A stretch of 63,999 nucleotides of DNA, the filler included, from Licmophora abbreviata (lineage: Eukaryota): assembly GCA_900291995.1 (NCBI GenBank). It is 15 parts of 15 records of this genome, joined end to end, with 100 filler letters (N's around TTAATTAATTAA, not from the genome) between each part and the next. Parts side by side here need not be neighbours in the genome. Positions count along the whole stretch, not along the records: positions 11,326 to 21,834 come from OLMU01003413.1; positions 21,935 to 30,044 come from OLMU01003414.1; positions 30,145 to 34,250 come from OLMU01003415.1; 12 more parts are not named here. One strand, written 5' to 3'. Shown here one piece after another: positions 21,721-32,329 of the stretch. Position 1 is the first letter of the stretch. Each line of letters begins with the position of its first letter. The position numbers were made by a program, and so were the translations under genes. The notes beneath the pieces are model-generated. The model saw only the letters and a program-made list of their open reading frames with translations. It did not search any database and had not been told where the DNA came from.

Positions 21721-23911
21721 ATGGGCGCCACCCTGAGCAAGAAGTCCGAGTCGTTTTCGGTCGTTTCGACGGCCGACGACTGCAGTGACGTTCTTGTTTC
21801 AGTCTACCATGATGATGAACAACAACAACAACAANNNNNNNNNNNNNNNNNNNNNNNNNNNNNNNNNNNNNNNNNNNNTTAATTAATTAANNNNNNNNNN
21901 NNNNNNNNNNNNNNNNNNNNNNNNNNNNNNNNNNAAGAAAACAAGACCCTTTGAAACTACTGGGAACTCCTACTACTACTTCCACGAGTCGACGGTCCTT
22001 TTCCTCCTGCACCAGTACCTTTCTGAGCACCAGCACTAGAAGTAGTACAACCGGAATGGATCCAGACGACGAGGATGAATCATCCTCCGCATCCTCCGGC
22101 TACAACACAGACGGCTGCGTCTCGGCAATTCCAAAGTCCTCCTCCTGGTCCACTGGACTCGACGAGCCATGGTACTCGTACTATACACAGGATGAATTGA
22201 ACTTGCCCCAAGGCGAACTTCCCACATCCGAAAGTGACTTGAGACCCTCACAGACCAATCTACGAACCTACCATGTCGTCACGACGGCAGCCCTCCCCTG
22301 GATGACCGGCACGGCCGTCAATCCTCTCTTGCGAGCGGCACACCTCTCGCAGCTCAATCGACCCTTTGTTCCATACCATACTACAACTGACTTGCCCACA
22401 TCGACCGTCACTCTAGTCCTTCCCTGGCTCGAGTCGTCCGAAGATCGCCTTCATTTGTATGGCAACGAATGGAAGGACAAGACGCGGGCGGACCAAGATG
22501 CCTATATTCGGGACTGGTTGGCGCACAAGGCAGAACTGCCCCTCGAAGCGGATCTTGCCACGGGGGGAATTCAAATTCAATTTTACAATGCGCGTTGGCA
22601 CAAGGGTATGAACAGTATCTTTGCCATGGGAGATATCGAGTCGTCCATACCGGACGACCAAGCGGGTAAGAGTATCGTTGTTTTGAAAGTACCATGTTAT
22701 AGTGCCGAACAGACTCGTACGACGTCGCTCACATCAATTCCTCTTTCGATATTGAACATTCTTATTCAATAGACTGCTGCATTTTGGAAGAGCCGGAACA
22801 TTTGAATTTCTATCGCGCACCGAGCAAGGACTGGTGGACCGAAAAGTTCAACCACGTCGTTGGTATTGGCCATACGAACTATAAGGCCTATGTGAGAGAG
22901 CAATTCTACCTCATGTCACCCGTTGTGGGCGTTCTCAGTAGTTGGATGGTCCGAGCCTATTGTCACAAACTCGTCAAATTGAGTAGTGTATTGCAGACAT
23001 ATGCTCCAGAAAAGGAAGTCGTGTGCAATGTTCATGGCATTCGATCGGATTTTTTGAAAGTGGGGAGACAGCAGGATCTATCCAAGCTGCGGGGTATTTA
23101 CTTTATTGGAAAGCTTCTGTGGGCGAAAGGCTTTGATCGGATGATTGAACTGCAGGTGGAGTATCGAAAGGTGACGGGACACTACTTTGACTTGGATATT
23201 GTGGGCAGTGGACCGGATCAGACGGAGATTGAACGCGCCTTTTATGGCAAGGGACAGCCGAGTCCGAAAAAGCCATCAAAGGCCGGTTCGGAAGATCATC
23301 AGCAGCAGCCGAGTCAGCCGCCGATGCAGCAATCGCAATTGCGTATTCCAAAGTCCAGGTATGAGTTTCGCAAGGAAGTGATTCCAGTAGAGTTCCAAGG
23401 ACGCCATGATCATGCCGATTTTTGCCAGGGATACAAGATTTTTGTCAATCCAAGCTTGACGGAAGTGTTGTGTACGACGACCGCAGAAGCTCTCGCTATG
23501 AACAAGTTCGCACTTGTACCAGCCCACCCGTCGAATGTATTCTTTCAACAATTTCCCAACTGTCTGCAATACCAAAGTCGGACTGAATTTGCTTCTTTGC
23601 TCCAGTACGCACTGTCGCACGACCCCGAGCCACTCTCGTCTGAACTGCAGTACGTGTTGACCTGGGAAGCTGCTACAGAACGTTGTTTGGATGCAGCAGC
23701 CATTTCTCGTCGCGATGCTATGCGACGGGAAAGAGTCGGAAAGGCTAAAGACGACGCAAAAATTGCACAGCTGCATTACCAACTCGGCAAGGGCGTCAAG
23801 GGCGATGTCATTCGTAAGGTTCTTGGAGGAGGGCCTGTTTCTGACCAGGCGCAGTACGGGATGCAGGCCGTGCAGCAGCAACAGCAACAACCAGTGGAAG
23901 TCGGGTGTTGA
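21721..23911 (+). CDS. DGD: Digalactosyldiacylglycerol synthase (GT4); spans a gap; intron 22666-22772
   Basis: VVTTAALPWMTGTAVNPLLRAA, ILEEPEHLN, HTNY, CHKLVKLS, NVHG, YFIGKLLWAKG, FVNPSLTEVLCTTTAEALAM; the start MGATLSKK before the gap is inferred. Confidence 0.88.
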
Positions 23912-24206
23912 GGATTGTCAAGTCTGATTTGAGTTTTGTGCATGTGATACATGGAAGTAGATGTGACGATGTGAATAGTGCAGTACGATGCCATGTCAGT
24001 GAGTGATGCTGTCATCGTGGACAGAAGTGGGCACCCCGATCTTGTTTGAAACGTATGGTGAATAAGTGATAGTTGTTAGCCAGTAAGTAGAATGAATCAA
24101 CTTGAAATTTATAGTTATGAACATCAGGCAGTCCGTACGAAGTCGACCTGCAACACTATTAAGACTCAACCTCTGCTGAGAGCTAATGCTTTCCTCGCTT
24201 CCTCAT

Positions 24207-26639
24207 CTACACCACCAAGGCTAACTCTGGGCACTCCGTCTCTCTGTCGATCTCGCGGCTCTCAACAACTTTCAACTCGGACAGGGCTCCAGTCTCGACA
24301 AACTCAGTCGGGACTTCACTATTGGGAACAAGCCTGTAATTCAGCATGGCATAGCCTGATTTCCAAAGCCTTGCAGCCTCGTGGTTGAGCTCGGGTGTGT
24401 GAAACACGGGCGTTGGATGAAAGGCGCTCTCAGAGTATACGTAACGTACTTCCTTGATTCGCTCCGCGCGGGAAGCATTCTTTCGTCGCATCACGGGGGA
24501 GTTGGCAGAAACACCAACGAAAAAGTCGGCACGAAACATATCCTTGTTGGCGCCAAACCGTTCGGTCAATGCTACAAGCCGTTCCCAGTCCACGTAGTCA
24601 GGCAACTGAAAGTTTTCAAATCCATGTGCTACGGTTCCATTTCGATAAAAGAATCCGCCGTAGAGTCGATCTTGCTTTCTTACTAGATTCATCTGACCTC
24701 CCCAGAAAACGCCCCACATAGTGTACAGCTGAAACTCGACTGCAGTACAGGAGGGGTGGTCAACATCCACAAAGCGTTCTTCTACGACAACACCCCCCTC
24801 GACGTTTTTTAATGCCCAGCTCTCAAACGAAAATGGTTCGGCTCGCAAATTGCGAGACAAACTTTCTGCGACTGTGCTGTGACGAAACTGCGAGTCCGGG
24901 CGGACCTCTCGGATGTTCGAACTCACGCTAGTTTCGTTGGTATCGCGATCGAAACTCACGAGCCACACCCCACTGCCTCCCGAGTGATGCGTCGGCTTAG
25001 CGCAGTAATCCGTGCGCTCTGGTAACATTTCCAGTAGTGCGTGCGCATCTTCCTGCAATCTCCCGGAGAGTTCCGATCCATAGCGCAATATGTATGGCTT
25101 TGGCTGATCAATGCCAATAGAAGGGACCCAACGCTTCCTGGCAATCTTGTCGCCATAAAATGATAGAGTCGGCCTTTCAAGCACTTGACGATAGGCCAGC
25201 AGCTCCTCCCATGTCTCATCACCCGAAACAGATTTTCCAATATCAAAGTCTTCAAAGAGCTCAAACAATTGCTCGTTGCTGTGTCGCTCATCTTCCTCTC
25301 CACTACTCGCAAGCTGATACTGGGCTAGATTAAGACCATTCACATTTAAATCCATCATCGTCCATGGCGATACAGATGCCTTGCCCTCGGTCGCAAGCGC
25401 AAGACGAATTCCCTCCACGAGCGCCTCATGATATCTCCAAATGATTCGCTGCTCATAACTTGGAGCCCTTGTTTGCAGTTCCGGATCCATGGTGTAAGTA
25501 GACAGCGACTCGAGTCTCCCAAGTTCGTTCCACAAGAGCTGCAATGCCATCTTGGATGGTTGACGTCGCCATTTGATGACATGACGAAGATTATGCGCGT
25601 CGGCTACACCTCTCCATATACTATCTTGCGTCACATCCACGTCAAACACAATCGTTTCCATCCTTTTGTCGCCATGATTGTTGTTAATTTGGATAGGAAG
25701 CAGTTCAAACCGCCGGGGATAGTCTTCCACAATCCCATGGTTCATCAAGACAGTGTGCATTCCAACGGGTTGCTTTCCAAAGCCAAGAGACACATGAATC
25801 GGTTGTCCCGCCACAATATTCTCCGACGCTCGCAACTGAAAACTCTCTCCAATCGCAGCATTGCTAATTTCCGTATTGTAATAGGGTGGATCCCGATGCG
25901 TGTACAGGTCGAACAAGGGAATCATGACCGATTGTGTCGAGTCCTTATTGCTCGCTGGGTGGTGCAATCCCGGCGACCGTCGTGTCGAGACCAACAAGGC
26001 AGTCTGCCATGCCTCGTCATTATGTTGCATTGTAGGAATCGCAGTGTTTCCATTACTATTAGAATTTGTACCACACCATACCTGCCACCATTGTGCAGTA
26101 GCATCAATCTGTCGAGGCAACCAGTAGTCGCCCAAAATGATGCGAAACATACGCTGACCCCACGAACTCCAACCACTCGGGGTGTGTCGTTGTCCAAGAC
26201 TACTGGGTTGGTCCGTTCGTAGCAACACAGAGTGTAAATACCGAGCATATGGAGTGTCTGTTTGGAGTTCCCGCTGTGTGACTCTAACAAGCTCGCAGAG
26301 ATCATGGTCTTCTGGATCATCTGGATGAACAATGAGGTGCCATGGAACTTCGAGTAGAATTGTGCCAGCCCGAATGTAGCTCGTCGCGTACATCTGTGGC
26401 GGTCTGCTTGCATCTTCATCTTCTAATAATATATCTTGACGAGAATCCACAATACCACCGTTCTCAAGAACCCAGGACTTGAGATTGATAAGCAGTTGTC
26501 TTGGGTCATGGCGATGATGATGTGTTGCGACGTCAATATTTTCGGCCAAGACAACCGTACCAAGGGAAAAAGTCCGTAGAAAAACAATTCCGTTGAGGAG
26601 AAGTGCCCAAAGAATAGGGAACGAAAGGCGATACATCAT
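24207..26639 (-). CDS. Signal peptide, SET-like domain, TupA-like ATP-grasp (intact and intronless)
   Basis: Uninterrupted ORF; WVLENGGIV, YATSYIRAGTILLEVPWHLI, MIPLFDLYTHRD; YGDKIARKRW, AKPTHHSGGSG, VVEERF, EFQLYTMWG, FRADF, YSESAFHP. Confidence 0.85.
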   Translation of the reverse strand: MMYRLSFPILWALLLNGIVFLRTFSLGTVVLAENIDVATHHHRHDPRQLLINLKSWVLENGGIVDSRQDILLEDEDASRPPQMYATSYIRAGTILLEVPWHLIVHPDDPEDHDLCELVRVTQRELQTDTPYARYLHSVLLRTDQPSSLGQRHTPSGWSSWGQRMFRIILGDYWLPRQIDATAQWWQVWCGTNSNSNGNTAIPTMQHNDEAWQTALLVSTRRSPGLHHPASNKDSTQSVMIPLFDLYTHRDPPYYNTEISNAAIGESFQLRASENIVAGQPIHVSLGFGKQPVGMHTVLMNHGIVEDYPRRFELLPIQINNNHGDKRMETIVFDVDVTQDSIWRGVADAHNLRHVIKWRRQPSKMALQLLWNELGRLESLSTYTMDPELQTRAPSYEQRIIWRYHEALVEGIRLALATEGKASVSPWTMMDLNVNGLNLAQYQLASSGEEDERHSNEQLFELFEDFDIGKSVSGDETWEELLAYRQVLERPTLSFYGDKIARKRWVPSIGIDQPKPYILRYGSELSGRLQEDAHALLEMLPERTDYCAKPTHHSGGSGVWLVSFDRDTNETSVSSNIREVRPDSQFRHSTVAESLSRNLRAEPFSFESWALKNVEGGVVVEERFVDVDHPSCTAVEFQLYTMWGVFWGGQMNLVRKQDRLYGGFFYRNGTVAHGFENFQLPDYVDWERLVALTERFGANKDMFRADFFVGVSANSPVMRRKNASRAERIKEVRYVYSESAFHPTPVFHTPELNHEAARLWKSGYAMLNYRLVPNSEVPTEFVETGALSELKVVESREIDRETECPELALVV

Positions 26640-27026
26640 TACCAGGCACTGCTGATGATGGCGATCGATGTGGTGAGGCAAGGATGACTAATGTCTGTGT
26701 GTTCGACGTTCGAGAGGCGGTTGGCGCCAAAACTCCAGCAAACGACACATCGAGCACCAAAACGAGTTTGTAATCTCACGCCATTAATACAAAACAATGC
26801 TCTACTCGAAATATACACAACCATGTGCGAATACAAGAGACTCACACGAGGACCGCGCGCGCGCCGATGCGAGAAAGAGGCGCCAAAGAAAACCGTCGCG
26901 GTTCTCGTGTTGGTGTTTGTGTTTGGTGCGGAAGAGTGGCGCCGAGGATCGCTACGAGTATGTGTAATGTGCTCTGCCATCATTGTAGTACAGCACACTA
27001 CACATCCCGCACAGCAAAACACCAAG

Positions 27027-27716
27027 ATGGAAAAGAGTGGCAGCAGCAGTACTTCTACAAATAATAGTAAGAATGAAGAGGAGCAGTCAAGAGCCGCCGT
27101 CCAGGCCTGTCAACAACTTGCCGATCTGTGTAGCGACGATAAGGACGGCGCCAAAAAGAACCGCAAGGCCGTCTATCAAGCGGGAGGACACAGGGCAGTC
27201 TTGAATTCCATGAAACGACATGGAGGTTCCATACTAGTTCAAGCCGAAGGTCTCCGGGCGCTGGCGAATATGTCTTCCAACAATCCGAAAATTAAAACAG
27301 CGATTGTGAGACTGGACAACGATACTGGAATGGATGTTATATTGGCAGCCATGATTCGATTTCCAGGCGTGGACAATAGTGTGCAGCGCAATGGAGCGTT
27401 TCTGTTGAAGAATCTGTGCAAATGTAAGGAACCTGCGACGCGTGTGGTGGACCATCACGACGGAATTCCTTTTCTCGTAGGTGCCATCAAGGACGTTTCC
27501 AGACGCAGCAAGGACACCGACCAAAACAGTGACGTTCTGGTGGGATACTTGTGTTGTGCGCTCGCCAACATTGGTGCGCACCAGGAGTTCAATGAACAAA
27601 TTGTCGTGGCGGGAGGTCTCGTGGCACTGGCAGAGGCAAAATCAAAATTTCCCAACAATGAAGAAGTTCAAAAGGCTTCTCGGTTGGCCATGAAACTGCT
27701 GTTGGTGAAGTTGTAG
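27027..27716 (+). CDS. Armadillo-repeat protein
   Basis: Repeated GG..AVL..M..H/FP....VQ..G...L.NL units. Confidence 0.75.
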   Translation: MEKSGSSSTSTNNSKNEEEQSRAAVQACQQLADLCSDDKDGAKKNRKAVYQAGGHRAVLNSMKRHGGSILVQAEGLRALANMSSNNPKIKTAIVRLDNDTGMDVILAAMIRFPGVDNSVQRNGAFLLKNLCKCKEPATRVVDHHDGIPFLVGAIKDVSRRSKDTDQNSDVLVGYLCCALANIGAHQEFNEQIVVAGGLVALAEAKSKFPNNEEVQKASRLAMKLLLVKL

Positions 27717-27856
27717 CTAGCCTACGTCGACAAGATTTTGGAGCAGTCTTACTAGTAGCGTTCCAACTAGTCTAGAATCCTTTTTTCGTTTGAGGTTGTA
27801 TTCTTGCAGCAGAGTCGTTCTCCAACCACGACTTGCACTAGCTACGTGCGTTCCAT

Positions 27857-29065
27857 TTACAGTTCATCGCTCCAGTCTTCCTCGTCTTCCTCTTCGTCGT
27901 CGTCGTCGTCATACTCTTCTTCTTCTTCATCATCATCATACTCTTCATCGTCTTCTGCAACCCCTCCATTGTTCCACCAGTCTCCATTTCGCTGAAAGTT
28001 CTCCCACATACCCGGCGACGGCCGCAGTATTCCAAACGGCACATCGCCGTATGTCCATATCTCGGTCCCAAAGGTCTGTCGCAATCCACCCCGGATTTTT
28101 TGCACGCCATGATTTTCATCGCTCAGAAAGACCAAGGCCGAAAAGCGATCCGGTTTGACCAACAATCGCTCGTGTGCGGTCTGGGGACGATTGTGCGGGT
28201 GCATGTAAATCTCACCGCCCTCGTAGTCCATGGGATCCGATAGGACTGTAAGGACGGTATACAAGGACTCTGCGTCCGAATGAGGACCCAACTCATCCCA
28301 TCCTTCATAGGATAAGTGTCCTGAAGTACGAATGCCCGTCTTCATCGGATCCTTGTACGGTCGCTCAAGGGTGCCGTCGTAGGACGGAAGTTGGATGTCT
28401 CCCCACTTTGCTTCCTCCCACGCCAATTTCCCAACACGCTTAACCTGTGCGGCAACCCCGGGAGCAAAGAATTGTAGGAAAGCGCCCATGAATGTACAAT
28501 CATTTCCTCCCTTGTAGTCTTGTCCATCTATTCCATAGGCAAAAGGCCGGTGTTCCAACAACGATCGACCATGATGTTTCTGTATACACCGCTTCAAGTC
28601 TTCCAGTGCCGCCCCCTCGGCCGGTCCAAAGGCATTCTTGACAATCACAGCGACGGGATCATCCTTGGAAGGGTACAATCCTTGAATTGTCGGAGCGACT
28701 GGCGGCAGCAGCTCGTTCTCATCGCAGTCCGTCCTCGCCATACAGGCAAGGACACGCTGTTCCGAAGCCTCGTCCATGCAGTCCATGAGGGTGTGGGCCC
28801 AGTTCAAGTCGGATTTCGAAAATTCCCACGACGATCCATTGAAGAGATCGTAGGTTTCTGGATCAAAGCCAGTGGCGTCAATACAAGAATCTAAACTGAC
28901 GTCCTCGTGACCACGCCAAGTGGGAAATAAGCGACACAGGTCGAGTGGAGAAAGTGGAGTTTTCGTAGAATTGGAGTCAGCGGCATTCGTCAGCCTGCGA
29001 CTGCTCGTCGCTACTAGCAAGCATATTGCTAGAAGGAGTGTTCTATGCATGCTGCTTCCGCGCAT
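27857..29065 (-). CDS. ER-luminal 2OG-Fe(II) oxygenase (prolyl-hydroxylase-like) with acidic tail and SDEL
   Basis: Signal peptide; HxD motif (PHSD), DYEGGE, HGVQKIRGGLR (distal His and 2OG-binding Arg); C-terminal SDEL. Confidence 0.8.
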   Translation of the reverse strand: MRGSSMHRTLLLAICLLVATSSRRLTNAADSNSTKTPLSPLDLCRLFPTWRGHEDVSLDSCIDATGFDPETYDLFNGSSWEFSKSDLNWAHTLMDCMDEASEQRVLACMARTDCDENELLPPVAPTIQGLYPSKDDPVAVIVKNAFGPAEGAALEDLKRCIQKHHGRSLLEHRPFAYGIDGQDYKGGNDCTFMGAFLQFFAPGVAAQVKRVGKLAWEEAKWGDIQLPSYDGTLERPYKDPMKTGIRTSGHLSYEGWDELGPHSDAESLYTVLTVLSDPMDYEGGEIYMHPHNRPQTAHERLLVKPDRFSALVFLSDENHGVQKIRGGLRQTFGTEIWTYGDVPFGILRPSPGMWENFQRNGDWWNNGGVAEDDEEYDDDEEEEEYDDDDDEEEDEEDWSDEL

Positions 29066-29371
29066 GTATCAAATCAATGCAGTTCGTAGTAAGCGGATGC
29101 ACACAAAGGGTCTTTTCACTCAACACCATGATAATGTGTTTCGCAGAAGAGACTTTCAACTTGCAGTGTGTTTGTGAGATCGCGGTTTGATGACCTCATG
29201 ACGTCACACAGAATGTCATGACGAAAGCTGTGGGAGCGCGACACTGCCGCCGGTCATCGATACTATGATACCAGTCTTAGCATCGGGCTTACAATGATGT
29301 TTGATGATGGTGCTTCAATGTCAAATTGACGGTGGACACTTCTCTCTTTCGACGACACACGTGGCCTTAGG

Positions 29372-30817
29372 ATGACACGACTCTTTCAAATGAGCTTTCT
29401 GGCACTCTGCTGCTCGTATCGAACCTCAGCAGAGCCAAGTTTTGCCCAGAAGGACTCGTGCATCAGCAGCAGCAGCAGCAGCAGTACTATAGACGAAACT
29501 ACTACTTCTTCTACTACTACTACTACTTCTGCAGAACGACAACTGCTCTGTCGACACTACCCCACTTGGTCAGGTCACTTGACGTCTACAATAAATCGAA
29601 CGCAATGTATCGAAGCGACCGACTACGATCCTGACCAGTACGATCTCCTCCCACAGGGAATTCCAGACGAGTACGTGGAACATTTCGGATTTGCCTGGAT
29701 GCAACGCATGGTACTCTGCGTCGACGACGCCATGCGGTCACGACACTACAACGAGACACTTCGACAGGAACCTACTTTCGAGCCGACTATTACAGACATG
29801 TACCCCAATAGGGAGAATCCAGTCATGGCTACAGTCTCCTTTGCCTTGTCCGAAGAAGAGGCTGCGACAGTCCTCGACTTGGCCAAGTGTGTGAGGCGAT
29901 ATCATTATGAGAATCAATTCAAACACCGCTCCTTTGGTTACAGCGAGGACGATGACTTTGTTGAATCCCAAGACGACGACGTTCAAGGTGGAAACGACGT
30001 GACCTTCCTCGGTGGCTTCTTGCAGCTCTTTCTTCCAGGAGTCGNNNNNNNNNNNNNNNNNNNNNNNNNNNNNNNNNNNNNNNNNNNNTTAATTAATTAA
30101 NNNNNNNNNNNNNNNNNNNNNNNNNNNNNNNNNNNNNNNNNNNNCTCGTTTGGTTACAGCGAGGACGATGACTTTGTTGAATCCCAAGACGACGACGTTC
30201 AAGGTGGAAACGACGTGACCTTCCTCGGTGGCTTCTTGCAGCTCTTTCTTCCAGGAGTCGCGGCACAAATTATTCGGGTCGGTGAAATGGTGTGGGAGGC
30301 AGCAGGGTGGAGTGACATACCCGAGTATCCAGGCATTGAGAACCAGGAGTTTCCGTTTCAAGCTTCCCCGAGAGAGCTGGGAATACGCACCTCTGAACAT
30401 CTTTCGTATGAGGGCTGGGGAGAACTGGGACCGCATGCCGATTCGAGTTCGCTCTATACTATTTTAGTGTCCCTTGTGGATCCTGACGAGTATGAAGGGG
30501 GCGAATTCAGCATCTTTTTGGAAGACTCGGATCAACACGAAATCAGCATCAAACCGGAACGACTCTCTGCGATTGTATTCTTGAGTGAAGAGATGCATGG
30601 AGTCAAACCCATTCGGGGTGGACGACGAGAAATGTTCGCAACAGAACTCTGGGAATACGGTGATGCACCTCTGGGAGAACAGCGACCCGTACCTATTGTT
30701 TACAAAGAGTATGTTCGCACAGGAGTCTGGCCAAACGAGCGAATGATGGAGGAAGGCTTGTATGACTGGAACCTTGACGAAGACGAAGACGAGGGGGAGT
30801 ACAGTGAATCACTATAA
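29372..30817 (+). CDS. Secretory 2OG-Fe(II) oxygenase, paralog of 27857-29065; spans a gap with overlapping flanks
   Basis: Signal peptide; GGNDVTFLGGFLQLFLPGVAAQ, GIRTSEHLSYEGWGELGPHAD, EYEGGEF, HGVKPIRGGRR; 29929-30044 is duplicated at 30145-30260. Confidence 0.8.
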
Positions 30818-31153
30818 GACGTCGGCTGGCTCGACATGTTGGCAGTGTTCTACTAGCTATCGTAGGCGCGATTGTCTCATCAGGAATGACAGTGTAAGAC
30901 TGCGTGATCTCAGTGAATGCTCGTAGCCGTCTCGTTCGGCGCCAGGTTGGATTGCTTCGACATCCACAAGACACCCGGATATCACTTCTCCGAACACTTC
31001 GACTCATACCTTACCACTTACTTCCACAAACACAGTCTTCTCGTACAATCCTACGCTTCACAGAGTACTAAAACCTTCTCATGCCTCCTCTCCCAGCCGC
31101 ACAAAGCATCCTACCGACGGTTCATTATTTCAACAAAAGACACCGACCGCACC

Positions 31154-31873
31154 ATGAAGACTCCTGAATCGGTTTTGAAGAAGCAAGCGACGCAGGCCAA
31201 GATCGCCGAGGCCAAGGCCGCCGCTGCCAAGGCTGCCGAAGCCAAGGCTGCCGCGGACGCAACGAAAATCGTGGAGAATGCCAAGAAATACGAAGCCGAG
31301 TACGCCGCTTCCGACAAGGCCGCAGTGGACGCGCGTCGCGAGGCCAAGGCCAAGGGTGGATTCTACGTGCCTGCGGAGCCCAAGCTTGCCCTGGTGATTC
31401 GAATCCGTGGTACCATCGGTGTTTCTCCCAAGGCCAAGAAGGTCATGCAGCTTTTCCGACTGCGACAGCTGCACAATGCCTCCTTTGTTCGTCTCAACGA
31501 AGCTACCATCCGTATGCTTCGTATGATCGAACCATACGTCACTTATGGCTATCCTTCCCTTGCGACTGTGAAGCACCTTGTCTACAAGAGGGGCTTTGGA
31601 AAGCTCAACAAGCAACGCATCCCCATCGCCGACAATAGTGTCATTGAAGAGGGACTCGGACAATTCGACATTTGCTGTACTGCCGATCTCATTCATGAAC
31701 TCGTCACTGTCGGACCGCACTTCAAGCAGGCCAACAACTTTTTGTGGCCATTCAAGCTATCCAACCCTACCGGCGGATTCTCCCGCAAGACCAAGCTGCT
31801 GCATTTCATGGAAGGCGGTGAAGCAGGTGCCCGTGGCGAGGAAATCAATAAATTGGTCAAGCGTATGATCTAG
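31154..31873 (+). CDS. RPL7: 60S ribosomal protein L7 (uL30)
   Basis: PESVLKK, FYVPAEPKLALVIRIRG, LFRLRQLHN, EPYVTYGYP, VYKRGFGK, NNFLWPFKL. Confidence 0.95.
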   Translation: MKTPESVLKKQATQAKIAEAKAAAAKAAEAKAAADATKIVENAKKYEAEYAASDKAAVDARREAKAKGGFYVPAEPKLALVIRIRGTIGVSPKAKKVMQLFRLRQLHNASFVRLNEATIRMLRMIEPYVTYGYPSLATVKHLVYKRGFGKLNKQRIPIADNSVIEEGLGQFDICCTADLIHELVTVGPHFKQANNFLWPFKLSNPTGGFSRKTKLLHFMEGGEAGARGEEINKLVKRMI

Positions 31874-32329
31874 AGAGCAGTGGAAGCTATTCAAGACAGT
31901 AACAAACTGTAATATCTTATGCGTAACTGCAACTGAAAACGTCCCGACCCCCATAACACCACTGCGCAAGCAGCTGGTGGGGGGCGGTCATCCTTACTTT
32001 CGTCTACTAGCTGTAGCTGCTGTAGTTGAGCAATCTTTTGGAGGATGGATTGCGTCGACCGAACTGGTTTCTAGTTTTGTTCTTGGTCTCTCATTCCGAA
32101 TGTGCTCTTTTATGTCAACAATCAACCATGCGCTCCTTTTTTTGAATATCCGGGCATTCTACAATGCGTCTTGTGTAACAATAGCGGTCTGGTAGTGAAG
32201 GGCACTTATCCTACAGCTTCTCATACGTTATTGCGCAAAACTGGCTGACTCTATTTCACGTGACAATTTCTTTTGTACATCCGTTCTACCACCTATCAGG
32301 CTTCCTTCGAGCTATGGCCTCCTCTTTCT

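Noticed and set aside
16532..26222. Long antisense ORFs (e.g. 16532-17374, 25428-26222)
   Set aside because: Shadow frames of genuine genes on the opposite strand, with no protein motifs
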